A stretch of DNA of 64,000 nucleotides from an uncultured Armatimonadia bacterium. GTDB taxonomy: Bacteria; Armatimonadota; Zipacnadia; CAVVLO01. The stretch covers positions 1,376,001-1,440,000 of the forward strand of contig CAVVLO010000002.1 of the NCBI GenBank assembly GCA_963749155.1. Reading direction: 5' to 3'. The notes under the pieces are model-generated. The model was not told the DNA's origin and did not search any database. It saw only the letters and a list, made by a program, of their open reading frames with translations. Shown here in pieces: positions 21,640-31,449 of the stretch; position 1 is the stretch's first letter, and every line of letters begins with the position of its first letter. The position numbers and the translations under genes were made by a program.

Positions 21640-23109
21640 ATGACGTCAGGCGACCAGCCACAAGGGGCCCTCGACAGGCCCTTCCCCCAAAGTAGCGAAG
21701 CGGAGCAGGCCACCCTCGGGGCGATGCTGCTGGACGGCCAGGCAGTGGTCGAAGTTGCTTCGCTCCTTTCCGAAGAAGATTTCACCAACCGGGCTCATCA
21801 ACTTATTTATCGAGCCATTTTTACGCTGAACGACCGCGGCCAGGCTGTAGACCTCACTACCGTCACCGAGCAACTGCGCGCCAGCAATCACCTCGAGCAA
21901 GTTGGCGGCGCGGAATATCTGATGACGCTTACCGACCGCGTTTCGCGCACCTCCAACGCAATGTATTACGCGCACATCGTCGCCGACAGGGGCATCGCGC
22001 GCAAGCTCATCAAAGCCTCCCAGCAGATATCCGAACTCGGCTTCAAGGGCGAGATAGAAGTCGAGGATATGCTCAATAAAGCTGAGGAGATTATCTTCAG
22101 CATCGCCGATGGCAAACTTAGCGGCGACTTCACTCCGGTGCGAGACCTGGTTACCCAGACCTTCGATCGAATAGACCAGCGCAGCAAAGCGCCAGGCCAG
22201 GTAATGGGGCTGGAGACAGGCTTTATCGACCTCGACCTTATGACAGGGGGATTCCAGTCATCCGACCTGATTATCGTGGCTGGGCGCCCTTCGATGGGCA
22301 AGACTTCCCTCGCAATGAATATCGCCCAGTTCGTCACGATGGAACGCGAGAAGCCAGTTGGCATCTTCAGCCTCGAGATGAGCTCGGACCAGCTTGTCGA
22401 GCAACTGCTTTGCGCGCATGCCAGAGTCAATGCCCATCATTTGCGTATGGGCACGCTCAGTCCTCAGGACTGGCGCCGGTTGATGAAATCCATAGATGCG
22501 CTCTACAAGGCGCCCCTTTTTATCGACGATACCCCGGGCCTGTCAGCCGCCGAGATGCGCGCCAAAGCCAGGCGTCTCAAAGCGCGGGAGGATGTCTCGC
22601 TTATCGTGATTGACTATGTCCAGCTCATCAGCCCTCCTCAGACAAGAAGCGAAAGCCGCGCCACCGAGATAGCCTATATTGCGCGTCAGCTCAAGCAGAT
22701 GGCCAGAGAGCTCTCCTGTCCGGTCATTGCCATCTCGCAGCTTTCGCGCGCGGTCGAGCGCCGCGAGAACAAGCGCCCAATGCTCTCGGACCTTATGGAA
22801 TCCTCCGCGCTGGAGGCCGAAGCCGATCTGGTCTGCTTCGTTTACAGGCCCAAATATTATGAACAGCGTGATGAAAGCGAGGCCGAAGAATCGCGCAAGC
22901 GCGATGAAGATATGGCTTCTCTCAGTGCTGAGGACCGCCGTAAAGTCAGGATGGAGGAACAGACCCAGGCCGATGTGGCAGAGCTGATTGTTGCCAAGCA
23001 CCGCACTGGCCCAACTGGCACCGTCAACTTGACCTTCATCCCGAAATACCGTTCCTTCCGCAGTTACAGCAAAGAAACCGACGCGCCTCCGCCCCCCTCG
23101 GAGGACTAG
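21640..23109 (+). CDS. dnaB: Replicative DNA helicase
   Basis: PQSSEAEQATLGAML, AGRPSMGKT, FSLEM, IVIDYVQL, SQLSR, AKHRTGPTG; no intein. Confidence 0.97.
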   Translation: MTSGDQPQGALDRPFPQSSEAEQATLGAMLLDGQAVVEVASLLSEEDFTNRAHQLIYRAIFTLNDRGQAVDLTTVTEQLRASNHLEQVGGAEYLMTLTDRVSRTSNAMYYAHIVADRGIARKLIKASQQISELGFKGEIEVEDMLNKAEEIIFSIADGKLSGDFTPVRDLVTQTFDRIDQRSKAPGQVMGLETGFIDLDLMTGGFQSSDLIIVAGRPSMGKTSLAMNIAQFVTMEREKPVGIFSLEMSSDQLVEQLLCAHARVNAHHLRMGTLSPQDWRRLMKSIDALYKAPLFIDDTPGLSAAEMRAKARRLKAREDVSLIVIDYVQLISPPQTRSESRATEIAYIARQLKQMARELSCPVIAISQLSRAVERRENKRPMLSDLMESSALEAEADLVCFVYRPKYYEQRDESEAEESRKRDEDMASLSAEDRRKVRMEEQTQADVAELIVAKHRTGPTGTVNLTFIPKYRSFRSYSKETDAPPPPSED

Positions 23110-23129
23110 CCCCAAGGGAGTGAAAGCTG

Positions 23130-24407
23130 TTGAAAGTGCTTGTAATCGGATCGGGTGGGCGCGAGCACGCCCTGGTCTGGAAACTGGCCCAGAGCCCGCA
23201 GGTGACCAGGCTGTACTGTGCGCCTGGGAATCCTGGAATTGCAAAACTGGCAGAGCTTGTCGCTCTTGAGGTGCTGGATGTCGACGGCCTGGTGGCCTTC
23301 ATCCAGCAGCAGGCGATCGACCTTGTAGTGCCTGGCCCCGAAGCGCCACTGGTCGCAGGACTGACCGACCGCCTGACCCCTCTTGGCATCCGCTGCTTTG
23401 GTCCGACGGCTGAAGGCGCTCAGCTCGAAGGCAGCAAAGTCTTCGCCAAAACTGTGATGGCCGAAGCGGGTATCCCAACCGCTGATTTTGAAGTATTTTC
23501 CGATGCTGACAAGGCGCTAGCCTATATTGAGAAGCAAGGCGCGCCCATCGTGGTGAAGGCCGATGGTCTGGCCGCGGGCAAGGGCGCAATCGTGGCACTG
23601 ACCCTCGAGGCCGCCCGGAAGGCTATCGAACTCATAATGGTAGATAAAGCCTTCGGCGAGGCCGGCAATCAGGTTGTAATTGAAGAGTGTATGTCCGGGC
23701 CTGAGTGCTCGATAAAAGCTTTCTGTGATGGCTCGACTTTCGTCCCGATGGCGCCTTCGCAAGATTACAAGCGCGCCTTCGATGGCGATGCGGGCCTCAA
23801 TACGGGGGGGATGGGCGCCTACTCGCCCGTGCCGCTTCTCTCCGATGAGCTTTTCGCCCAGATCCGCCGCGAGGTGCTCGAGCCCCTGATGACGGCGATG
23901 GCCGACCGCGGTCTGCCCTACAAGGGTGTCATCTACGCCGGCCTTATGCTCACGCCAACAGGCCCGCGCGTGCTGGAGTTCAACTGCCGGTTTGGCGATC
24001 CCGAGACCCAGGTCGTGCTGCCGCGCCTCGACAGCGACCTCCTAGATTTGTGTCTGGCTGGCGCTGAAGGGCGGCTTGCGGAAATCACCCCTCGCTGGTC
24101 GCCGCTCAAGGCCGTCACTGTTGTAATGGCCTCTGGCGGTTATCCCGGTAACTACGCCAAAGGCAAGTTAATCACTGGTATCGACGAAGCAGAGCAGCTC
24201 GAGGGAGTCACTGTCTTCCAGGCCGGCACAAAGCTGGATGAGGAGGGCAGGCTGGTCACGGCAGGGGGACGGGTGCTCAATGTCACCGCGCTGGCGCCAA
24301 CTTTTGCCCAGGCGCGCCAGCAGGCCTATGAAGGGGTCGCGAGAATCCGCTTCGATGACGTTCACTTCCGCAAGGATGTCGCCTTGCGCGCTGTGGAGAA
24401 AAACTAA
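23130..24407 (+). CDS. purD: Phosphoribosylamine-glycine ligase
   Basis: KVLVIGSGGREHAL, KADGLAAGKG, NTGGMGAYSP, EFNCRFGDPETQ. Confidence 0.98.
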   Translation: MKVLVIGSGGREHALVWKLAQSPQVTRLYCAPGNPGIAKLAELVALEVLDVDGLVAFIQQQAIDLVVPGPEAPLVAGLTDRLTPLGIRCFGPTAEGAQLEGSKVFAKTVMAEAGIPTADFEVFSDADKALAYIEKQGAPIVVKADGLAAGKGAIVALTLEAARKAIELIMVDKAFGEAGNQVVIEECMSGPECSIKAFCDGSTFVPMAPSQDYKRAFDGDAGLNTGGMGAYSPVPLLSDELFAQIRREVLEPLMTAMADRGLPYKGVIYAGLMLTPTGPRVLEFNCRFGDPETQVVLPRLDSDLLDLCLAGAEGRLAEITPRWSPLKAVTVVMASGGYPGNYAKGKLITGIDEAEQLEGVTVFQAGTKLDEEGRLVTAGGRVLNVTALAPTFAQARQQAYEGVARIRFDDVHFRKDVALRAVEKN

Positions 24408-24874
24408 TGAGTAAAGTCGCCCTCCTGATGGGCAGCAAATCAGACTCTGACATCGCCGCCAAGGCCGCCGAGACACTGGCTGGACTGGGCATTGAGAGCG
24501 ATACACTGGTGCTTTCGGCGCATCGCACACCCGATGAAGCGACAACTTTCGCCAAGCAGGCGGCCGAGCAAGGTTATTCGGCCATCATCGGCATCGCGGG
24601 CCTTGCGGCTCATCTGCCGGGCGTACTGGCCTCTCATACACTGCTGCCAGTCATCGGCGTGCCGCGTTCTGCAGGCCCGCTGAACGGTGTAGATGCGCTC
24701 TATTCGATTGTGCAGATGCCCCCTGGCATCCCTGTAGCCAGCGTTGGGATTGACAACGCGACCAACGCGGCGCTGCTCGCGGCCAGGATTATCGCGCTTT
24801 CGGATGAGGATGTCCGTGCCAAACTTGAAGCCTATGTGAAAGCGATGCATGACAAGATTCTGGCCGGCGGCTAA
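24407..24874 (+). CDS. purE: N5-CAIR mutase
   Basis: LMGSKSD, SAHRTP, AAHLPG, PVIGVP, SIVQMPPGIPVA. Confidence 0.97.
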   Translation: MSKVALLMGSKSDSDIAAKAAETLAGLGIESDTLVLSAHRTPDEATTFAKQAAEQGYSAIIGIAGLAAHLPGVLASHTLLPVIGVPRSAGPLNGVDALYSIVQMPPGIPVASVGIDNATNAALLAARIIALSDEDVRAKLEAYVKAMHDKILAGG

Positions 24875-24888
24875 GGAGCTGCAACACA

Positions 24889-26376
24889 GTGATTCGGATA
24901 GAGGGTGACGAGGTAGTCTTCGAAAGCGAGCGCCTGCAGCACGAATGCGGCGTTTTTGGCCTTTATGCGCCCAATGAAGATGTCTCTCGAACCACCTATT
25001 TCGGCCTTTTTGCCCTTCAACATCGCGGCCAGGAAAGCGCCGGCATCACGGTCAGCACGGGCTCCGAGCTGAAAAGCCACCGAGATATGGGGTTGGTGGC
25101 GCAGGTCTTCTCTGAAGAGCATCTCTTCGAGCTGCAGGGCGTTGCCGCCATCGGGCATGTGCGTTATTCCACGACCGGCAGCTCGGTGCTGCGCAACAGC
25201 CAGCCGCTTACCATCCGCGCAGGTCACCAGCCTTTCGCCATCGCCCACAACGGCAACCTGGTCAACACCGACGCGCTTTCCGAGAAGTACCAAAGACTCG
25301 GTTATCGTTTTGCCACTACCTCTGACAGTGAAGTGCTGGGGGTCGCCATCGCGCACGCCTGGCAGAGGGACGAACCCATCGAACAAGCCGTGCTGCGCGT
25401 GATGGAAGAGCTGCGCGGCGCCTACTCCGTGGTGCTGCTGACGCCTGACCGGGTCGTCGCTTTTAAGGATCCCCAGGGCTTCAGGCCTCTGTGCCTTGGT
25501 CAGCTCGAACAGGGAGACGGCTATGTGGTCGCCTCCGAGACCTGCGCGCTCTCGCCGATTGGCGCCAGGTTCCTGAGGGAAATCGAACCAGGCGAGGTAG
25601 CGGTCCTTACCCAGAGCAAGGTAGAGTTCCACAAGCCCCCTATGCCAACCAGGTCGGCCGGCTGCATCTTCGAGTTCATCTATTTTGCCCGCCCGGATAG
25701 TTATATTTACGGCCGCAACCTGCATTTCGCCCGCAGGCGGATGGGCAATGTGCTGGCCCAGGAGCATCCGCTCGAGCACGATGGGCCCAGCCTGGTCATC
25801 CCCGTGCCCGACACCGGCATCCCCGCCGCCATCGGTTACGCCGAGGCCTCGGGCCACAAGTTCAACGAGGGCTTTATCAAGAACCGGTATATCCAGCGCA
25901 CCTTCATCCAGCCCAACCAGCGGATGCGCGAGCTGGGCGTGCGGATGAAGTTGTCAGTCCTCAAAGAGGCGGTCTACGACCGCGCTGTGGTGATGGTGGA
26001 CGACAGCATCGTCCGCGGCACGACGACTGGCCCGACGGTGAAATTGCTGCGCGAGAACGGCGCTCGCGAGGTGCATGTGCGCATCACGGCGCCCCCGCTC
26101 AGGTTCCCGTGCTTCTACGGCGTGGATATGGCCACCCAGGATCAACTGATCGCGGCCAACCTCAGCGTGGACAAGATCCGCGACCACATCGGCGCCGACA
26201 GCCTGGGCTATCTCTCACCCAAGGGCCTCATCAAAGCCATCGGCATCCCGCGCAGCAAGTTCTGTATGGCCTGTTTCGTGGGAGAGTATCCGACCGAATT
26301 GCCCAAAGGCACTTGCGTGGCCAACTGCCGCGTGTGCGAGGGCGACCCCGAGGCCGACGGCGTGGATATGTGGTAG
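24889..26376 (+). CDS. purF: Amidophosphoribosyltransferase (propeptide and Fe-S type)
   Basis: ECGVFG, QHRGQESAG, GHVRYST, CIFEFIYFARPDS, VDDSIVRGTT, PCFYG, CMAC. Confidence 0.98.
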   Translation: MIRIEGDEVVFESERLQHECGVFGLYAPNEDVSRTTYFGLFALQHRGQESAGITVSTGSELKSHRDMGLVAQVFSEEHLFELQGVAAIGHVRYSTTGSSVLRNSQPLTIRAGHQPFAIAHNGNLVNTDALSEKYQRLGYRFATTSDSEVLGVAIAHAWQRDEPIEQAVLRVMEELRGAYSVVLLTPDRVVAFKDPQGFRPLCLGQLEQGDGYVVASETCALSPIGARFLREIEPGEVAVLTQSKVEFHKPPMPTRSAGCIFEFIYFARPDSYIYGRNLHFARRRMGNVLAQEHPLEHDGPSLVIPVPDTGIPAAIGYAEASGHKFNEGFIKNRYIQRTFIQPNQRMRELGVRMKLSVLKEAVYDRAVVMVDDSIVRGTTTGPTVKLLRENGAREVHVRITAPPLRFPCFYGVDMATQDQLIAANLSVDKIRDHIGADSLGYLSPKGLIKAIGIPRSKFCMACFVGEYPTELPKGTCVANCRVCEGDPEADGVDMW

Positions 26377-26408
26377 CCCCACCAGGCCTGCAAACGAACC
26401 GAAACACC

Positions 26409-26446
26409 CAGGGAGGCCCCGCAAAGGGCCTCCCTGTTTTGTTTTT
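26409..26446 (+). terminator. Intrinsic terminator after purF, probably also serving the convergent gene
   Basis: CAGGGAGGCCC-cgcaaa-GGGCCTCCCTG followed by TTTTGTTTTT. Confidence 0.85.
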
Positions 26447-26470
26447 CGTCCGCGCACAATTCACGAGCGT

Positions 26471-27455
26471 CTACCTCTTCCTCAGCTTCACGACGAGGAA
26501 GACGACCAGCAAGCACCGCCAGGGCGGCGAGGGCGTAGGCCAAGCCCTGTCGCGCCCCAGGGTTTATGTTGCCAAGCAATCCGGGAGTACTACCTCCAGC
26601 AAGTAGTGGTGGCCCACCTAATACCTCGCCACTCATGGCGTCTACACCTAGAGCGCGCCAAGGGGGATAGTAGTCGTTGGTGTTAACGGGTGGAGGAAGC
26701 TGTCGTTCATAGCGAACACTCCAAACCAGCCTTCCAGGTGCTGAGATGCCTGGGCCATCTGTCTCGTAGAGCAACAGGGGTGCCCCGTTGGGCTGGTAGT
26801 CTGCATCTGCCTGCACCTGCGCAGGCGTGACACCAAAGGTCTCGGCAATCTCGGCCAGGATTGCTGTCAGCGCAATGGCAGCAGCCTGCTCAGACGAAAT
26901 AGTGGGTGTTGCCAAAGCTGGCTCGAGTTGGCTCTTGTCAAGCGGGTACCCCGATACCGCGAAGTAGACAGGCTCGCCAGTAGCTGGGAGCACATCCAGT
27001 ACCAGGTAAGGCGGGAGCGTCCTGTCAACACGCGCATCCGCAAAGACCAGCGTGCAAGTTCCAAAAGCATCATCTCTGAACTGTGTACATGTCAGCCCAG
27101 CGACGTTGAACTCTGAGGGCAGGTAATCCGCAAGCCAAACATGCGCGCGAGTGATAAGCTCCTCTTCAGAGAGGTGAGTGGTCACCCTATGCGTCCCAAA
27201 TGCATCCTCACGCCCTACCTGCGCTGCGCAGGTTCCACTCGGACCGAGATATACGAAGCCCTTTGCACCGGTGCTGGTCGAAGTTACCTGGTATTCGCCA
27301 TCCCAATCGGGCGAAGACCATTCGAAGGGACCTGCTCCGAGTATAGGCGAAAGAGCAGAATCTGGCAGGGGATTGGCCTCTGCACCGATGAATCCAGTCG
27401 ATGGAAGCGCTTGTAGCATAAGGAAGAAAAGCCCCAGCAGTAGTCTTCTTGTCAT
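26471..27455 (-). CDS. Exported PepSY-like protein with C-terminal TM+KLRKR anchor (paralog 3); one extra base near 26511
   Basis: Signal peptide MTRRLLLGLFFLMLQ; ISSEQAAAIAL..LVWSV..VDAMSGEVL. Removing one A at 26511/26512 restores AYALAALAVLLVVFLVVKLRKR-TAG, matching the neighbour, and removes the implausible overlap with purF. Confidence 0.75.
26472..26533 (-). repeat. Direct repeat copy A of the anchor-coding segment (copy B 27542-27602; diverged copy C from 28503)
   Basis: 61 bp TACCTCTTCCTCAGCTTCACGACGAGGAAGACGACCAGCAGCACCGCCAGGGCGGCGAGGG, identical between A and B except one extra A in A. Confidence 0.95.
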
Positions 27456-27540
27456 CTCATTCACCCCACACCAGGTCGGCGCCGCTCGTTGTGTCGAGAC
27501 ACTCCTGTCCCGATACCAGGGCCGAGGTCCTGCCCCCTTC

Positions 27541-28452
27541 TTACCTCTTCCTCAGCTTCACGACGAGGAAGACGACCAGCAGCACCGCCAGGGCGGCGAG
27601 GGTGTATGCCGCGACAGGCGGAGAGGCAGTATCAGTTGCCGGCGGGGCTGCAGCCGGCTGCGTTGTCGGTTGGCCGGGCGTAGGAGCGGCAGGGGCAGGG
27701 GGCCTGTATCCATTTTCACCTGAAAACAATACTTCCCCCGTAGTCGCGTCAACAGCGCCAACAAGGCCAGTAACTTCTGATGCTGTGGGCTCAAGCTCCA
27801 GCACCCAAGCCAAGGCATTACCGCCCTTCTGGTCTGGGACAACTTTCAGTTCACTGTAACTATAGGTAGCGCTGCCACTAAGGCCTCTTGATTTTAAAAG
27901 CGCATCTCGAGCTTCATCCTGGGTAAGCGTCGGCTCCTTCGCCACGGTATTCGCAAGCGGTAGGTACATTAAGCCCACCACAGCGCCACTTCGATCAACC
28001 TTAGCGTTGTACATGGGATAACTCTTGTGTCCGTTGTCTATTGTATACACTGATACCTCCCAGCCCGAGTAATTGTGCCCGCTACGCTCTTGCACATCAA
28101 CCTGGACCATGTCCCCGACTGGAGTAATACCAAGGGGGCCACTTACCTTGGAGACGAAGGCCTTGGTACGCGCCACAGCGCCCTTGGCTGACCATACCCG
28201 TTTGCGATCTCGGTTCAACTCGGAATCTGGCCTTGTTCTAAGCACTAGGGTGCCCGCCATCGCGCCACCATACTCCAGCGCTAGCCCTTCTCCGCTGTAT
28301 ACCGTGGAACCTGACGGAGTCGTGCTATGGAACTGCAATTCGCCTGTAAACCCCATTGCCTTGGCCGCCTTTTGAGCGTCTTCAAGGGTCTGGGCAGACA
28401 GGGCTGTCCAAAAAGCGAGTGAGAATAATAGGACCCAAGCAAGGATTCTCAT
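27541..28452 (-). CDS. Exported PepSY-like protein with Pro/Ala linker and TM+KLRKR anchor (paralog 2)
   Basis: AGGAG then ATG at 28452 (MRILAWVLLFSLAFWTALSA); LTQDEARDALL..LAWVL..VDATTGEVL; ends AYTLAALAVLLVVFLVVKLRKR. Confidence 0.8.
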   Translation of the reverse strand: MRILAWVLLFSLAFWTALSAQTLEDAQKAAKAMGFTGELQFHSTTPSGSTVYSGEGLALEYGGAMAGTLVLRTRPDSELNRDRKRVWSAKGAVARTKAFVSKVSGPLGITPVGDMVQVDVQERSGHNYSGWEVSVYTIDNGHKSYPMYNAKVDRSGAVVGLMYLPLANTVAKEPTLTQDEARDALLKSRGLSGSATYSYSELKVVPDQKGGNALAWVLELEPTASEVTGLVGAVDATTGEVLFSGENGYRPPAPAAPTPGQPTTQPAAAPPATDTASPPVAAYTLAALAVLLVVFLVVKLRKR

Positions 28453-28502
28453 ATCTCGCATCTCCTTTTGCCAACTACCAAAGCGTAAGTCCTGTGCCTT
28501 CC

Positions 28503-29405
28503 TTATCTTTTCCTCAGCTTCACGAAGACGATGATCAGGAGGACTGCCAGCACTGCCAGGCCGATGAGGGCCCAAAGAGGCAGCTCTACTGGTTCCGCAG
28601 GGGGAGCCCCGCCTCCCCCAGGTGAGGGCATCGGTCCTTCGGCGTTGGTCTGCACCAGCACCTCGCCCGAGACCGCATCCACGACACCGATCGCCAGCGC
28701 CTTGCCCGCGCTGAAGACCGTCAGCTCCCAACCGAGCGCAGGGGGCTTGCCAGCCCAGCGAGCGATGCGCAACTCGGCCTCCAGTCGCTCTATCGGGTCG
28801 GTCTTCCCCAGAGCTTTTAACAGCGCCTCGGCGGCTTGCTCCTTCGTTATCTTGGGCTGAAGGCTGGCAGGCTCGCCCGGCGGGCTGTAGCTGAGGTTGC
28901 GCAGGGCGCCTCCTTCGTCAAACTGTAGCTCGCACTCTGGCAGCGCTGGCACCTCTCCCACAAACCTGACCAGGCTCACGAACCAGTCGGTATCCTCGCG
29001 CTCGAGGGTTATCTGCATTTCCGCCAGGGGAAGCTGCAACCCGAGTTTGGGGCCGTAATCGGCGATAAACTTGCGCGCGGCTTTCTCGGCAGCAGACTTC
29101 CGCGAGATGCCCCTGGTACCTTGATTGAAGGGAGCCTCGGCTGAGGCGGCCAGTTTCATCGAGCCGTCCGAGAACACCATCAGACTGAAAGTGTCGCAAC
29201 TGCCGGCTAGCCCGGACAGCGTCGGACCGCCCATCCCCGGAGGCGCCTGGGAGATTGTCACCTCGCCAGGGGCGCCCAGCGCGGCACACAGCGCCTGCAG
29301 TTGGGCTTCCGGTGTTGCGGCTGGCGCGCTTGAAGCCATAAGGCCGAAGGACAATACAGTGAGCAGGAGGCAAGCTCCAGCAAGCAGGTTCGCGCGAGGT
29401 GTCAT
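28503..29405 (-). CDS. Exported PepSY-like protein with TM+KLRKR anchor (paralog 1)
   Basis: Signal peptide; ITKEQAAEALL..LGWEL..VDAVSGEVL; ends PPAEPVELPLWALIGLAVLAVLLIIVFVKLRKR. Confidence 0.8.
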   Translation of the reverse strand: MTPRANLLAGACLLLTVLSFGLMASSAPAATPEAQLQALCAALGAPGEVTISQAPPGMGGPTLSGLAGSCDTFSLMVFSDGSMKLAASAEAPFNQGTRGISRKSAAEKAARKFIADYGPKLGLQLPLAEMQITLEREDTDWFVSLVRFVGEVPALPECELQFDEGGALRNLSYSPPGEPASLQPKITKEQAAEALLKALGKTDPIERLEAELRIARWAGKPPALGWELTVFSAGKALAIGVVDAVSGEVLVQTNAEGPMPSPGGGGAPPAEPVELPLWALIGLAVLAVLLIIVFVKLRKR

Positions 29406-29616
29406 CAAGAGCCCTCCAACAGGCTAAGTATTTCAATAACTGGAAAGGTGTTGCCTTCAGTTTAACAGATGTTATCGGTTTTCAAGGTGGGGCGCGGGAG
29501 GGAGAAACCTCTCCCGGGGAAAAGGGTTATCTCCAGTCAGAGTTTTTAAGAGGAAAACGCTGCAATCAAACGAAATAGCACAGGTCCGATAGCTTACCCT
29601 ATAAAGGTGATTTTCA

Positions 29617-30441
29617 ATGAAGGCATCAATGAGTATCTGGAGTTTCCCAGGCGACTACAGCCTCGAGCAAGTAGCCGACCTGGCCGCCGCAGCCGGGTTC
29701 GATGGCGTCGAACTCGCAGTCAGTGAGACGGGCCGGCTTGGCCTGGATTCGTCTCGCGCCGAAGCGGAGAAAGTCCGCGCCCTGTTCGAGTCGAAAGGCC
29801 TTGGCATCGCCAACTTCGCCAATGGGATGGGCTGGGCCGCTCACGCCATCTCGACCGATGAAGCCGTCCACGCGAAGGCCAAGCGCATTTTCACAAAGGC
29901 CCTTGAGCTGGCCGCTGGCCTGGGCGCCGATTGCCTGCTGGTCGTGCCGGGCGCCGTCAGCCAGGATATGCCCTACGATCTGGCCTACAATCGCACAGTC
30001 GAAGTCTTCAAGAGCTGGGGCGACATCGCCGCCGAGTATGGCGTAACCATCGGCCTTGAGAATGTCTGGAACAAGTTTATGTTGTCTCCCATCGAGACCA
30101 AACGCCTTATCGAGGACATCGACCACGATTTCGTGAAAATCTGGTTCGATGTGGGCAACATCCTGCAGTTCGGCTTCCCCGAGCAGTGGATACGCATCCT
30201 CGGCGACAAAATCAAGATGATCCACGTGAAGGATTTCAAGACGTCCGTGGGCAACATCACGGGCTTCTGCAGCCTGCTCGAAGGCGATGTGAACTGGCCC
30301 GCCGTGCGCGAGGCGCTAATCGGCATCGGCTACACCGGCTGGCTGTCGGCCGAGCTTGGGCAATATCCTCACACCAAGGAGCGCCTGGCTTTCGACACCG
30401 CGGGCGCGCTTAAGGCCATCATCGAAGGCAAGCTGGTATAA
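29617..30441 (+). CDS. Sugar phosphate isomerase/epimerase (xylose isomerase-like TIM barrel)
   Basis: GFDGVEL, IGLENVWNKF, FDVGN, IHVKDF, GDVNW. Confidence 0.9.
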   Translation: MKASMSIWSFPGDYSLEQVADLAAAAGFDGVELAVSETGRLGLDSSRAEAEKVRALFESKGLGIANFANGMGWAAHAISTDEAVHAKAKRIFTKALELAAGLGADCLLVVPGAVSQDMPYDLAYNRTVEVFKSWGDIAAEYGVTIGLENVWNKFMLSPIETKRLIEDIDHDFVKIWFDVGNILQFGFPEQWIRILGDKIKMIHVKDFKTSVGNITGFCSLLEGDVNWPAVREALIGIGYTGWLSAELGQYPHTKERLAFDTAGALKAIIEGKLV

Positions 30442-31437
30442 ATGAGCGGACTCAGAGTAGCCGCTTATGGCTGTGGCGGTATGCAGCGCGGGCTACTTGG
30501 GGGACTGAAGGGCTGTGGCGGCGGCGAACTTGTCGCCGCCATAGACTCTGACCTCAACGCAGCTCAGCGGATGGCCGAGGAGCTGGGCGGTCAGCCTTTC
30601 ACTTCTTTCCAGGCAGCTCTCGAAGTTGCCGATTTCGATTCCGTCTTCGTCGCCACACCCGGCTTTCTGCACGCCGATAATGTGGTTGAAGCCTTCGCGG
30701 CGGGCAAGCATGTCTTCTGCGAGAAGCCGATGGCTTTCACCGTCGCCGACTGCGACCGGATGATCGCGGCGGGCGAAGCGGCGGGCAAGAAACTGATGGT
30801 TGGCCACGTGCTGCGGTATCTCCCGGTCTTCCAGAAGATGCTCGATTTGGTCGAATCCGGTGAATATGGCACCCCCTATGCCGCCGAAATCACCCGCACC
30901 TGGGAAGGTTGGGGCGGTTCTCATCGCAGTTGGAGGGACCTTAAGACCCAGGCCGGCGGTATCCTGTATGAAGTAAGCATTCACGAACTCGACTTTATGC
31001 GCTGCCTGATGGGCAACGCCACGCGCGTTTCGGCCGAACAACGGCGCACTGGAGTAGTGCCTGCTGATTACAACGATGTCGTCCAGGTAGCGGTGGGCTT
31101 CGAGCGGGGGCAGGGCGTAATGACCGCGCTGCTTTCTGCGGCGCTTGGTTATTACGATGGGCGCATCTGGCTGACCGAGGGGTTCTTCTGGTTCGATATG
31201 AGCCAGGGCACTCTGGTTTTGAAGAAGCGGGGGGGCGAACAGCAGAAGCTCTCCACTGCCGATTTCTCAGCCGATTATGAGCCTGGCGTCCAGCGCGAAA
31301 TACGCGAATTCGTCGAAGCAGTGCTTGAAGACAAGCCTTGCGCCATTCCGGGTAGCGAAGGCCGTGCCAACATCGAGGTCTGCGAGGCTGCTGACCTCTC
31401 CGCAGAGCGGGGGGCGGTAATCAAGCTGCCTCTCTAG
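30442..31437 (+). CDS. Gfo/Idh/MocA family oxidoreductase
   Basis: GCGGM, VATP..H, GKHVFCEKPMA, GGILYEVSIHELD. Confidence 0.92.
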   Translation: MSGLRVAAYGCGGMQRGLLGGLKGCGGGELVAAIDSDLNAAQRMAEELGGQPFTSFQAALEVADFDSVFVATPGFLHADNVVEAFAAGKHVFCEKPMAFTVADCDRMIAAGEAAGKKLMVGHVLRYLPVFQKMLDLVESGEYGTPYAAEITRTWEGWGGSHRSWRDLKTQAGGILYEVSIHELDFMRCLMGNATRVSAEQRRTGVVPADYNDVVQVAVGFERGQGVMTALLSAALGYYDGRIWLTEGFFWFDMSQGTLVLKKRGGEQQKLSTADFSADYEPGVQREIREFVEAVLEDKPCAIPGSEGRANIEVCEAADLSAERGAVIKLPL

Positions 31438-31449
31438 GCCGGAGGGCCA

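Noticed and set aside
21640..23109. Intein in DnaB
   Set aside because: Length is normal and there are no splice-junction or homing endonuclease motifs.
24407..24874. purE without purK in the operon
   Set aside because: Common arrangement; purK may be elsewhere or dispensable.
26208..26470. ORF-track extension of paralog 3 antisense into purF
   Set aside because: It results from one extra base at 26511; the corrected gene stops at 26471.
26472..28560. Repeats as a CRISPR array, attC sites or a diversity-generating retroelement
   Set aside because: The repeats are coding, about 1 kb apart and not palindromic; there is no adenine-specific variation, and no cas, integrase or reverse transcriptase gene in the window.
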